Shown here in pieces: positions 1-9,025 of a DNA stretch of 64,000 nt (position 1 is the stretch's first letter; every line of letters begins with the position of its first letter). Below the pieces are notes generated by a model that had not been told where the DNA came from, ran no database searches, and worked only from the letters and a program-made list of their open reading frames with translations. Origin of the DNA: Candidatus Woesearchaeota archaeon (lineage in GTDB: Archaea > Nanobdellota > Nanobdellia > Pacearchaeales > GW2011-AR1); contig CAZTFL010000001.1 in assembly GCA_964612895.1 (NCBI GenBank), positions 177,469 through 241,468 of the forward strand, given 5' to 3'. The position numbers and the translations under genes were made by a program.

Positions 1-6
1 AATAAT

Positions 7-690
7 TTGTTTACTATTATGAATAAAAGAGGTATGAATAGTCATGTTGAAATGATGTTGGCAAGTATAATTTTTATATTATTTTTCTTTTTTGTTATAA
101 CGTTTTTAGAACCATATAAAACAAATATTTTGACGACTACAATTAATGATGGAATTTTTTATAATTTTAAAAATTTGGTTAGTATAGATGTTCGTAAATT
201 TTTTTTAAGTTTTAATGATACTGTTTTTAGTGAATGTTTCTGTGTTCCTTTAGATATTAATGGAGATTATGGGAGTATAGTTACAGATATAAATGGAAAT
301 GTTATAACTTCAAATGTTAATACTGATAAACTAAATATATATTCTAACAATCCATACTATTATATTTATTTTTCGGAAAATTTTTCAAAAAGTATTCCAA
401 CAACTTGTTCTGAAACAACGCAATATAACATAGGTGGAATATTGGATTCAGAATTTTTTTTCTACGATAAGTTAAAAGAATTGGAAACTAAATATTATTC
501 AAATTACGAAGAAGTTAAAAAAAATTTAGGAATTCCACCTCAATTTAATTTTAATATAGAATCAAATATTGTGTCAATGAAAACGAATATTCCAAGTGAT
601 ATTCCGGTTATAGCAAAAGAATATAGGGAAAGTATAATATATAATAACGGAACAATAATAAATACAATATTTTTAATAAGAGTATGGTAA
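7..690 (+). CDS. Type IV pilin-like protein with a class III (prepilin-like) signal peptide. The true start is probably the second Met at 19.
   Basis: N-terminus MNKRG-MNSH followed by a 20-aa hydrophobic stretch; same MNKRG motif as the ORF at 21857; rest is a Cys-containing N/T/S-rich ectodomain. Confidence 0.4.
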   Translation: MFTIMNKRGMNSHVEMMLASIIFILFFFFVITFLEPYKTNILTTTINDGIFYNFKNLVSIDVRKFFLSFNDTVFSECFCVPLDINGDYGSIVTDINGNVITSNVNTDKLNIYSNNPYYYIYFSENFSKSIPTTCSETTQYNIGGILDSEFFFYDKLKELETKYYSNYEEVKKNLGIPPQFNFNIESNIVSMKTNIPSDIPVIAKEYRESIIYNNGTIINTIFLIRVW

Positions 691-1097
691 AAAATAATAA
701 AGGTTGGCTTAGAATTTTGGAGGCTACAATTGCAATTACAATATTTTCGAGCGTTTTATTGATTATATATTCTCAACAAACAAATATTATTGATAATTCC
801 GAAACAATATCAATTTTACAAGATAAAATAATAAGTGAAATTTCAAATAATAATGAATTAAGAAATATGATACTATCAGATGATGAAATAGGAATTAATA
901 CACATTTTAGACAGGAGATTTCTTTAAATTATTATTTTAATATTAGAATTTGTAACTTAAGTGATCCAGTTGAACCTTGTAAAATGTATGATTATACAAA
1001 TTTATATGATAAAGAAATATTTGTCGAGAGTACAATTGTTTCAGGGAATTTAACTTATTATAATCCTAAATTGGTTAATATATTTATGTGGTTATAG
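684..1097 (+). CDS. Small pilin-like protein anchored by an N-terminal TM segment
   Basis: NKG-WLRILEATIAITIF prepilin-like N-terminus; 7-nt overlap (ATGGTAA) with the upstream ORF suggests an operon. Confidence 0.35.
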   Translation: MVKNNKGWLRILEATIAITIFSSVLLIIYSQQTNIIDNSETISILQDKIISEISNNNELRNMILSDDEIGINTHFRQEISLNYYFNIRICNLSDPVEPCKMYDYTNLYDKEIFVESTIVSGNLTYYNPKLVNIFMWL

Positions 1098-1130
1098 AAT
1101 CTTTAAAAACTCCAATTCCTTTATTTTTTT

Positions 1131-2441
1131 ATGCCATTTGATATTATTATTGGAAGAAATGAAGGTGATAAAAAAGATTTTGGGAATAGAGGACTTGCTT
1201 TTATAGGAAAAACATTTGTAACAATGGGAAATTATACTTCTTTATCTAATCCTATTTATTTAGATATAGCTCGAACTCATGTTCTTTTAATTGCAGGAAA
1301 AAGAGGTAGTGGAAAAAGTTATACAATAGGAACAATTGCAGAAGCATTATCAGATTTAGGGACAGAAGAATCTGGAAATATAGCATCGTTAATTTTTGAT
1401 ACAATGGGAATTTATTGGACTATGAAATATAAAAATGATAAAGATGTAAAACTCTTGAAAGAGTGGGGATTAGAATCTAAAAATTTACCTGTAAAAATAT
1501 TTGCTCCATTTGGTTATTTTAATGATTTTATAGATAAAGGAATTTTAGTTGATTCAGAATTTGCAATTAAGATATCAGAACTTGATGTTGCGGATTGGAT
1601 TAGTTTATTTGAATTAAAGTTTACAGATCCAGTATCAGTGGCTATAGAAGAAACAATCTCAAACTTAAAATCTAAAAAAGAGTCTTTTGGGTATAAGCAA
1701 ATATATGAAGAATTAAATTCTTTAAAGATAATTAGTCAGGATGTGAAGAATTCGGCGATGGCACTTTTTAGAGCATCTCAGAGTTGGAAAGTTTTTGATG
1801 AAAAAAAAGGAACAAGCATAAAAGAATTAATATCTGCAGGTCAAACAACAGTTATTGATTTATCGATGTATGCCTCTTTAGGAAATTTTAATATTAGGGC
1901 ATTAATTATTTCATTAGTTTCAAAAAAAATTTTTAATGAAAGAATGTTGTCTAGAAAATTTGAAGAAATTCAATCAGTTCAACACGGAGAAAACTATACA
2001 ATGTTTAATACAGTAAAAGAAATGCCATTAGTTTGGATTTTTATTGACGAAGCTCACGAATTTTTGCCTAAAGATTATAAAACTCCAGCGTCGGATGCAT
2101 TAATTCAAATATTAAGAGAAGGTCGACAACCAGGAATTAGTTTGGTAATAGCAACTCAGCAACCAGGGAAAATTCATACAGATGCAATTACTCAATCGGA
2201 TATTGTACTTTCTCATAGAGTTACTGCTGCTTTAGATGTTCAAGCGTTAAATGATATAACTCAATCTTATTTATATTCTGCAATATCTAATAAAATGAAT
2301 AATTTACCAAGAGTTAAAGGTTCTGCAATAATATTAGATGATAATTCGGAAAGAATTTATTCAATGCGAATTCGTCCTCGTTTTACATGGCATGGAGGAG
2401 AATCACCAACTGCTATAAGAAAACAAGAAATTATTGAATAA
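1131..2441 (+). CDS. HerA/FtsK-superfamily P-loop ATPase (DUF87-like)
   Basis: Walker A GKRGSGKS, Walker B WIFIDEAHEF, C-terminal block REGRQPGISLVIATQQPG...VLSHRVT typical of HerA/VirB4-like ATPases. Confidence 0.6.
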   Translation: MPFDIIIGRNEGDKKDFGNRGLAFIGKTFVTMGNYTSLSNPIYLDIARTHVLLIAGKRGSGKSYTIGTIAEALSDLGTEESGNIASLIFDTMGIYWTMKYKNDKDVKLLKEWGLESKNLPVKIFAPFGYFNDFIDKGILVDSEFAIKISELDVADWISLFELKFTDPVSVAIEETISNLKSKKESFGYKQIYEELNSLKIISQDVKNSAMALFRASQSWKVFDEKKGTSIKELISAGQTTVIDLSMYASLGNFNIRALIISLVSKKIFNERMLSRKFEEIQSVQHGENYTMFNTVKEMPLVWIFIDEAHEFLPKDYKTPASDALIQILREGRQPGISLVIATQQPGKIHTDAITQSDIVLSHRVTAALDVQALNDITQSYLYSAISNKMNNLPRVKGSAIILDDNSERIYSMRIRPRFTWHGGESPTAIRKQEIIE

Positions 2442-2481
2442 TAAACGAATAGTTTTTAAAATAGATTTTCTATTTAGTTTT

Positions 2482-4260
2482 ATGGGAATAACAAGAAAAG
2501 ATTTAATAAAAAAATACATAGATTTTTTCAAAAGTAAAAATCATCAAGAAATAAAAAATTCTTCACTAATACCTGAAAATGATCCAACGGTATTATTTAC
2601 GACTGCTGGAATGCATCCACTTGTTCCATTTTTATTAGGAGAAAAACATCCACAAGGAAAAAGATTAGTAAATGTACAAAGGTGTATAAGGACTGGAGAT
2701 ATAGATTCCGTAGGAGATAGTATTCATCATACTATGTTCGAAATGCTTGGTAATTGGTCTCTTGGAGATTATTTTAAAAGTGAATCTATTGAATTTAGTT
2801 TTGAATTTCTAACAAAAGTTCTTAATATTCCAGTAGAAAAACTTGGAATTAGTATTTTTAATGGTGATTTAAATATTCCAAAAGATATTGATGCTGCAAA
2901 AAAATGGGAAAATTTGGGTATACCAAAAGAGAGGATTGCTTTTTTACCTAAAGAAGATAATTGGTGGGGACCAGCTGGAGAAACAGGCCCTTGTGGTCCA
3001 GATACAGAAATATTTTATTGGAAAGAAAATTCTACTGATGTTCCAAAAAAGTTTTTTGATTTAAAAGATATTAGTGGTTGGGTTGAAATTTGGAATAATG
3101 TATTTATGGAATATTATAAGAATAAAACTGGAGAATATATCCTTTCTGAAAATAAAAATGTAGATACTGGTATGGGCGTTGAAAGAACTGTTGCTGTTCT
3201 TAATGGATTTGATGATAATTATAAAGCAGATATGTGGAGACCAATAATAGAAAAAATAGAGGAGATTTCTGGAATAAAATATGAAGAAAGAAAAAAAGAA
3301 ATGAGAATTATTGCGGATCATATTAAAGCTTCAGTTTTTATAATATCTGATGGTATACTTCCTTCAAATACAGAACAAGGATATGTTTTAAGAAGGTTAA
3401 TAAGAAGAGCAATTAGAAATATTAGATTATTAAATGAAAATATATTAAATAAAAAAGTTCTCATAGAAATAGCAAAAGTGATTTTTGAAATATATGATGA
3501 TTATGATATTTTAATTAAGAATAAAGAAAAAATTTTAAACGAAATAAATTTAGAAGAAGAACGATTTTTAAAAACATTAGAAAACGGTCTTAAAGAATTT
3601 GAGAAAATATCTTCTGATAAAGAAATTTCTTGTAAAGATGGTTTTTTGTTATATCAAAGTTATGGATTCCCATTAGAAATGATTATGGAAATGGCGAAAG
3701 AAAAGGGAATAAATGTAGATATTGAAGGTTTTTTTAAAGAATGTGATATTCATAAAGAACTTTCAAGAACTTCTTCTTCGGGAAAATTTAAATCGGGGCT
3801 TGCTGATAATAGTGAACAAACAAAAAAATTGCATACAGCAACTCATTTATTAAATGAAGCATTAAGGATAGTATTAAACGATTCAAATATTTATCAAAAG
3901 GGTTCTAATATTACGGCAGATAGATTAAGATTTGACTTTAATTTTAATAGAAAGTTAACCGATAAGGAAATAGAAGATGTGGAAAATTTAGTTAATTTAA
4001 AAATAGAATCTCAACTTCCGATTCGTTGTGATATTATGCAACTTAAAAAAGCAAAAGAATATGGAGCTCAAGGTGTTTTTGATTCAAAATACGATAATGA
4101 AGTAAAGGTATACTCAATGGGAAGTATTGGCGAAGAATTTAGTAAAGAAATTTGTGCGGGACCACATGTAGATAATACAATTGAATTAGGACATTTTAAA
4201 ATAATCAAAGAAGAAAGTTCTTCACTTGGAATTAGAAGAATAAAAGCAATATTGCAATAA
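2482..4260 (+). CDS. alaS: Alanyl-tRNA synthetase, short form (catalytic + editing domains, no C-Ala domain). The ORF track start is 2434; the likely start is 2482.
   Basis: FTTAGMHP, QRCIRTGDID, HHTMFEMLGNWSLGDYFK core motifs; editing-domain HxxxH (HTATHLL) and CAGPHV motifs; ends at about 590 aa. Confidence 0.85.
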   Translation: MGITRKDLIKKYIDFFKSKNHQEIKNSSLIPENDPTVLFTTAGMHPLVPFLLGEKHPQGKRLVNVQRCIRTGDIDSVGDSIHHTMFEMLGNWSLGDYFKSESIEFSFEFLTKVLNIPVEKLGISIFNGDLNIPKDIDAAKKWENLGIPKERIAFLPKEDNWWGPAGETGPCGPDTEIFYWKENSTDVPKKFFDLKDISGWVEIWNNVFMEYYKNKTGEYILSENKNVDTGMGVERTVAVLNGFDDNYKADMWRPIIEKIEEISGIKYEERKKEMRIIADHIKASVFIISDGILPSNTEQGYVLRRLIRRAIRNIRLLNENILNKKVLIEIAKVIFEIYDDYDILIKNKEKILNEINLEEERFLKTLENGLKEFEKISSDKEISCKDGFLLYQSYGFPLEMIMEMAKEKGINVDIEGFFKECDIHKELSRTSSSGKFKSGLADNSEQTKKLHTATHLLNEALRIVLNDSNIYQKGSNITADRLRFDFNFNRKLTDKEIEDVENLVNLKIESQLPIRCDIMQLKKAKEYGAQGVFDSKYDNEVKVYSMGSIGEEFSKEICAGPHVDNTIELGHFKIIKEESSSLGIRRIKAILQ

Positions 4261-4319
4261 TTTACTAATTAGTAGTAACAATTCGTAATGTTTAAATACT
4301 ATTAATACTTCTATGAATT

Positions 4320-5039
4320 ATGAAAAAAAGAAGTAAAATTACTAATGTATTAGGCTCTTTTATGAATGGAATATATATTGGACTTGTAACTGGTAGTATA
4401 GCTTTATCAATAATTTCACCTTATGTTAATAAAATGTCTCAAAAAACAGTTTTTGAGGATAAAAAAGAAGTCATTAATTCAAATGATATTCAATATAATA
4501 CAAATAATTTAGAATCTATTGTAGGTCAAACTTTCTTGGAACAAAATACAAATAATTTATCTTATGATTATTCAAAAATAGATTTCTCAAAAAGTTATAA
4601 AACTGAAAATTTTGAAGATGATAGTGATGAAGTTATGTTGGCTAGATTGATATTTGGAGAATCTCGTGGACAATCAGAATACGAAAAAGCTGCAGTTGCG
4701 TATACTGCAATAAATAGAGCAAATGATGGTAAATTATATAATGGAGAAACTATAAAAGAAGTTGCATTAGCTAAAAAACAATTCTCTGCTTTTAATCAAG
4801 ATGATGTTAATTTTAAAAAAGTAAAAAATCCGCAACAATATGAAAAAGAATCCTGGGATAATTGTTTAAAAGTAGCTTACGATGTTTTACATACAGATAA
4901 ATATTCAAATTTGAATCAAGGTCAAACAAATTATTTTAATCCAAATTTAGCTAATCCAAGTTGGAAAGATAAAATGAAATCAGTTAATTTTGATAATATA
5001 GGATTTTCTTTTAGTCAAGATTTTTATATAGAAAAATAA
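4320..5039 (+). CDS. SleB-like cell-wall (murein) hydrolase domain protein with an N-terminal TM anchor
   Basis: N-terminal TM helix; C-terminal domain with ARLIFGESRGQSEYEKAAVAYTAINR resembling the SleB/CwlJ hydrolase signature (GEARGE...AVAxVVLNR). Confidence 0.5.
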   Translation: MKKRSKITNVLGSFMNGIYIGLVTGSIALSIISPYVNKMSQKTVFEDKKEVINSNDIQYNTNNLESIVGQTFLEQNTNNLSYDYSKIDFSKSYKTENFEDDSDEVMLARLIFGESRGQSEYEKAAVAYTAINRANDGKLYNGETIKEVALAKKQFSAFNQDDVNFKKVKNPQQYEKESWDNCLKVAYDVLHTDKYSNLNQGQTNYFNPNLANPSWKDKMKSVNFDNIGFSFSQDFYIEK

Positions 5040-5063
5040 TAATTATAAAATAAAAATCAAATG

Positions 5064-6593
5064 TTATTCATTATAAATCATATTCCAGAACTTCATTTCT
5101 CTTAACTTTGTGATATCGTTTTTATACATGTCTCTTAAATCATTTATATTGAAAAATTGTGTAATAATTCTATCAAAACCTGGTCCCCAAGCTAAAACTG
5201 GAATATGTTTCCCAAAAATAGGAATTGTAACTTCTGGTCTAAACATTCCAGCTCCGCCCAACTCCATCCATTTTTTATGAACAGGATGAAAAACGTCAAT
5301 TTCTAAACTTGGTTCTGTATAAGGGAAATATGCAGGTCTTATTCTAATATTATCATATCCCATTTTTTTAAAAAATTGTATTAAATATCCCAGTAATTGT
5401 CTAAAATTAGCATTTTCATCTACTACAATTCCTTCTGTTTGATTAAACTCAAATCCATGAGACCAATCAACAGTTTCATTTCTGAAACATTTTCCTAAAG
5501 CGAAATATTTAGCTGGAAATTCCTTCGTTTTAGCTATTTTATGTAATGTTTGTACTGACCAAGGAGTTGTATGAGTTCTTAATAAAACTTTTTTTGCGTC
5601 CTCTTCATTCCATTTTGTACACCAACCTTTTGTTCCCCAACAATTTCCTTCGTGTGCTTTTTTTACTTCATTTACAATATTTTTATCTGGTAATTTTCCT
5701 TCCATATTTTTTATAAAAAATGTATCTTGCATTTCTCTTACTGGATGATCTTGTGCTGTAAAAAGGGCGTCAAAATTATAGAATCCTGTTATTATCATAT
5801 TTCCTGTCATTTCTTTAAATCCCATATCAAGCCAAATTTTTTTTGCATAGTCTGTTGCTTGATTAACGAAATGTCTTTTTCCTCCATAAACTTTAGGGAC
5901 CGCAGTTGTTAAATCATATCGTCTGAACTTTTTTGATGTCCAAACATTTGATTTTAATAATTTAGGTGTTAATTGTTCTAGTAAATCATTTTTTAGATTA
6001 AGAGAAGATATTTTTTCCCCCAGAGGAGTAAGTTTTACAAATATTTCTTTTTTATCTTTTATTTCTATAATATTCTTTCTGTTTGTTAAATTTTTTAGAG
6101 CGTCTTTCTCCTCGCTATTTAATAAATTTAATTCTTTGGGTAAATTTTCAATTAATATTTCTTCAATGGATTTATTTGTTATACTTCCTGGTTGTGCTGA
6201 TAAGGATAAAATACCATTTTTTATATTAATCAATCCTTTTTGTTTAAGTGTTCCAAGAGATACTTTTGCTTCATTTTCACTTAATTTTATCAAAGAACGA
6301 ATATCTTTTATTGCAATTTCTTTATTTTCAATTATATAATTTAGTAATTTTCTTTCGGGTAATCCAGTTTTTAGATATTGAATTCCAAATGTTCCTAAAT
6401 CTACAATTTTTAATTCCTTTTCACTTTTTTCAATTAAATTTTTATTTAAAAGAAATCCTACACTTCTTAATATTGTCGTTTTATCAAAATCTTCACTAAT
6501 AATTTTATCAATATCAGTATCTTTTGAAGACAATAAAGGCAATAATTTTCTTTCGATAGGAGATAATGATTCAATTATTTCTTTTTCTTCCAT
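5064..6593 (-). CDS. pheS: Phenylalanyl-tRNA synthetase alpha subunit, archaeal/eukaryotic type
   Basis: 509 aa; class II core FRNETVDWSHGFEFNQTEGIVVD, GAGMFRPEV...AWGPGFDRI motifs; long N-terminal winged-helix region. Confidence 0.85.
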   Translation of the reverse strand: MEEKEIIESLSPIERKLLPLLSSKDTDIDKIISEDFDKTTILRSVGFLLNKNLIEKSEKELKIVDLGTFGIQYLKTGLPERKLLNYIIENKEIAIKDIRSLIKLSENEAKVSLGTLKQKGLINIKNGILSLSAQPGSITNKSIEEILIENLPKELNLLNSEEKDALKNLTNRKNIIEIKDKKEIFVKLTPLGEKISSLNLKNDLLEQLTPKLLKSNVWTSKKFRRYDLTTAVPKVYGGKRHFVNQATDYAKKIWLDMGFKEMTGNMIITGFYNFDALFTAQDHPVREMQDTFFIKNMEGKLPDKNIVNEVKKAHEGNCWGTKGWCTKWNEEDAKKVLLRTHTTPWSVQTLHKIAKTKEFPAKYFALGKCFRNETVDWSHGFEFNQTEGIVVDENANFRQLLGYLIQFFKKMGYDNIRIRPAYFPYTEPSLEIDVFHPVHKKWMELGGAGMFRPEVTIPIFGKHIPVLAWGPGFDRIITQFFNINDLRDMYKNDITKLREMKFWNMIYNE

Positions 6594-6667
6594 GTTCTTT
6601 TTATTATATCTATCTTTTTAAGTTTTAGTAAGGAAAAGATTATAAATATTATTAATTTAATTTTTTC

Positions 6668-6982
6668 ATGAAAAAGGTGATTGGATATGCCTGTGCGGGA
6701 GTTGGATTTGGTTTGATTTTACTTGGTATGAATTTTATTAATTATAATATTTCTTTTTTAGGAGAACTTCCTAAATATTTTTTAACTATAATAGGAATTA
6801 TTTTTATTATTTTTTCATTATTGTTTTTGAAAGAAAACTCTTTAAATTCAAAATCTACAAATAGAAAATCTAATGAGAAACATCCGATAGATTTGCCAAT
6901 ATATCAAGGAGATTCTATTGTTGGATATAGGAGAGATTTAGATATAAAAGGAAATTCAAAAAACAAAAGAGGTAAAAGATAA
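6668..6982 (+). CDS. Small 2-TM membrane protein
   Basis: Two hydrophobic helices, basic C-terminus; stop/start overlap (ATAATGG) with the next gene. Confidence 0.4.
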   Translation: MKKVIGYACAGVGFGLILLGMNFINYNISFLGELPKYFLTIIGIIFIIFSLLFLKENSLNSKSTNRKSNEKHPIDLPIYQGDSIVGYRRDLDIKGNSKNKRGKR

Positions 6983-7575
6983 TGGAATCTTATACATCAT
7001 TTCCATCATTTAGTAATTTTTTAACTAATTTACAGAGTGGATGGATGACTTTCTTTGTGGTTTTTGCTATTAGTTTTTCATTTATTTATATGGGTTTAGC
7101 AAAATTTTTCACAAAAGGAGGAGAAAATGTGTTAAAACCTATGGAAGGTGGAAAATATTTAAAACAAACTAAAACAAAAACATATGTAGAAAATAAAAAT
7201 TTCATTATACTAATATCTGCAGGAATAGCTTTTTTGATTGCGTCGAGTGCTATACAAACTGGATTTTTTCTTGTAATGAATAATTCTTATGGGTTTGTGT
7301 TAAGTGCAGGAATTATTTTAGCGATTTATACAATTTTACTTATTCCAATATACAAATTTATAGACAAAAATATTGGTAACAGAATTTTTACAAATATTAT
7401 TGTATTTGGATTATTCTGGGTTTCATCTCTTTTAATGTTTATAACAGCAAATAAATCAGAGGGAATACCAGTTGCTTGGATGTTAGTATTAAAAATAATA
7501 GTCGGAGAATTTATTTTTGTTTTAGGAATTATATTAGCAATAATTTTAGGAGTTTTGTTTAAGAAAACTAAATAA
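6982..7575 (+). CDS. Polytopic membrane protein (about 5 TM)
   Basis: Hydrophobicity pattern; co-oriented with the downstream paralog cluster. Confidence 0.4.
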   Translation: MESYTSFPSFSNFLTNLQSGWMTFFVVFAISFSFIYMGLAKFFTKGGENVLKPMEGGKYLKQTKTKTYVENKNFIILISAGIAFLIASSAIQTGFFLVMNNSYGFVLSAGIILAIYTILLIPIYKFIDKNIGNRIFTNIIVFGLFWVSSLLMFITANKSEGIPVAWMLVLKIIVGEFIFVLGIILAIILGVLFKKTK

Positions 7576-7748
7576 AATAATCTTTTTAAGATAGCAATTT
7601 TTATAAAGGAGTTAATGCTGTATTTTATATTATGGGAAAACATAATTTTCCTTTAAAAAATGAAAGGAGGTATAATAATATGAATAAAAAACAAATTTTA
7701 GTATTTTCTATTTTGAGTTTGTTTATCTTCAGTTTTATGCTTTCGTTT
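7574..7748 (+). repeat. Direct repeat copy 1 (about 175 bp, 2 mismatches versus 8851-9025) covering promoter, leader and the first 39 codons of paralog A
   Basis: Direct comparison of the two stretches in the sequence. Confidence 0.8.
7591..7631 (+). promoter_or_regulatory. Archaeal promoter: TATA box TTTATAAA at 7600-7607, about 25 nt upstream of the ATG at 7632 (leaderless-type)
   Basis: Exact TTTATAAA; spacing fits the archaeal -26/-27 TATA position; an identical copy lies upstream of the paralog at 8868-8908. Confidence 0.35.
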
Positions 7749-8720
7749 ATATCAGCAGAGGAAAATACTCAGGGGACATCTGAATTTTCTGGAAAAGCAC
7801 TTGGACAACCTTGTAAATCTGGAATGTTTAATTATATTTTAGGAGATGGATGTGCAAAAAATTTATTTTGTAATACTTCTGTTTTTCTTAGTCCCGAAGA
7901 AATTGAAGGTGGATTTAATGGAAAATGTAATGTAAATGATGGTATTTTTGTCAATTTTGTAGAAAAATTCTTTTTAAATAATGGAAAACATAATTTATTA
8001 GATAGAATTTTAATATTTGCATTGGTATTTGCTGTTATTTATGGAATATTTGCTTCTGTTGAATTTTTTGGTAAATTTTCAACGATTGTAATTAGCTTAG
8101 TTATGTCGTTACTGGGAGTAAGATTTATTCCTGATAATTTTTTAATGTCTTTAATTGCTCCTACAAATGCATTAACAGCTTTAATATTATTTGGGCTTCC
8201 ATTTTTGGTTGTTTTTCTTATAACTACAAAAGAATATAATAGAGGAACTAAAGATAATCCTATTTCTATACAAATGAATAAAAATATTCAGAGAATAGTT
8301 TGGGGAGTATATCTTTTATTTTGTATTTGGATGTATATTACAAATTTAACCAAAGATTTATCGGTACAAATTGTTAATTGGATATCATTAATATTTTGCT
8401 TTATATCTTTGTTTATGATTTTATTTAGTCCTATAATTACAAAATATAGAAATGCTTTATCTAGAGATATGAGTGAAAGAATACAAAATGCTAGATTAAA
8501 AACATCAATGGAAAATGCACAAATTTTGAGAACTGGAAATTTCCAGGTTGCAATGTCTACCCTTGAAAAATTAGATAATAGTTTAAAAAAGGGTGACCAA
8601 GGGAGGGTTTTATATAATGAAATGCGTGGTTATAATAAAAAAGAAGCCGAAGATTTTTATAATAAATTTTTAGAAAATCTTGGAGTTAGTTATTATAAGA
8701 ATGGTCATAAAAAACAATAA
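7632..8720 (+). CDS. Membrane protein paralog A: signal/TM, Cys-rich extracytoplasmic domain, about 5 TM helices, C-terminal coiled coil. An alternative start lies at 7680 behind GGAGGT.
   Basis: GKALGQPCKSGMF...GDGCAKNLFCN...FNGKCN module; TM helices; paralogous to 8909-10024. Confidence 0.6.
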   Translation: MGKHNFPLKNERRYNNMNKKQILVFSILSLFIFSFMLSFISAEENTQGTSEFSGKALGQPCKSGMFNYILGDGCAKNLFCNTSVFLSPEEIEGGFNGKCNVNDGIFVNFVEKFFLNNGKHNLLDRILIFALVFAVIYGIFASVEFFGKFSTIVISLVMSLLGVRFIPDNFLMSLIAPTNALTALILFGLPFLVVFLITTKEYNRGTKDNPISIQMNKNIQRIVWGVYLLFCIWMYITNLTKDLSVQIVNWISLIFCFISLFMILFSPIITKYRNALSRDMSERIQNARLKTSMENAQILRTGNFQVAMSTLEKLDNSLKKGDQGRVLYNEMRGYNKKEAEDFYNKFLENLGVSYYKNGHKKQ

Positions 8721-8741
8721 ATTTTCAAAATATTTTTTTTT

Positions 8742-8775
8742 AAACTCATTTATTTTTTTGAGTTTTTTATTTTTT
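8742..8775 (+). terminator. Hairpin AAACTCA-N10-TGAGTTT followed by a T-tract
   Basis: 7-bp inverted repeat plus oligo-T directly after the stop; the same element recurs after paralog B. Confidence 0.35.
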
Positions 8776-8850
8776 TATATTCTTAATTTTAATGTTGATA
8801 ACTGATTTATTTTATGATTCTTACATCTAATTATCTGCTATTAGTTTTAT

Positions 8851-9025
8851 AAAATAATCTTTTTAAGATAGCAATTTTTATAAAGGAGTTAATGCTGTAT
8901 TTTATATTATGGGAAAACATAATTTTCCTTTAAAAAATGAAAGGAGGTATAATAATATGAATAAAAAACAAATTTTAGTATTTTCTATTTTGAGTTTGTT
9001 TATCTTTAATTTTATGCTTTCGTTT
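8851..9025 (+). repeat. Direct repeat copy 2 (promoter/leader/N-terminal coding region of paralog B)
   Basis: Near-identical to 7574-7748; TATA at 8877-8884. Confidence 0.8.

Noticed and set aside
3061-3321. 86-aa minus-strand ORF inside alaS
   Set aside because: Antisense to a well-supported conserved gene. It is low-complexity F/I/Y-rich, a typical AT-rich shadow ORF.
5727-6499. Three plus-strand ORFs (5727-5912, 6136-6339, 6248-6499) inside pheS
   Set aside because: Antisense shadows of the PheRS alpha gene with no signals of their own.
7326-7643. 105-aa minus-strand ORF overlapping the 6982-7575 membrane gene and the promoter region
   Set aside because: Antisense to a gene and to a duplicated promoter element. 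It has no RBS or TATA of its own.
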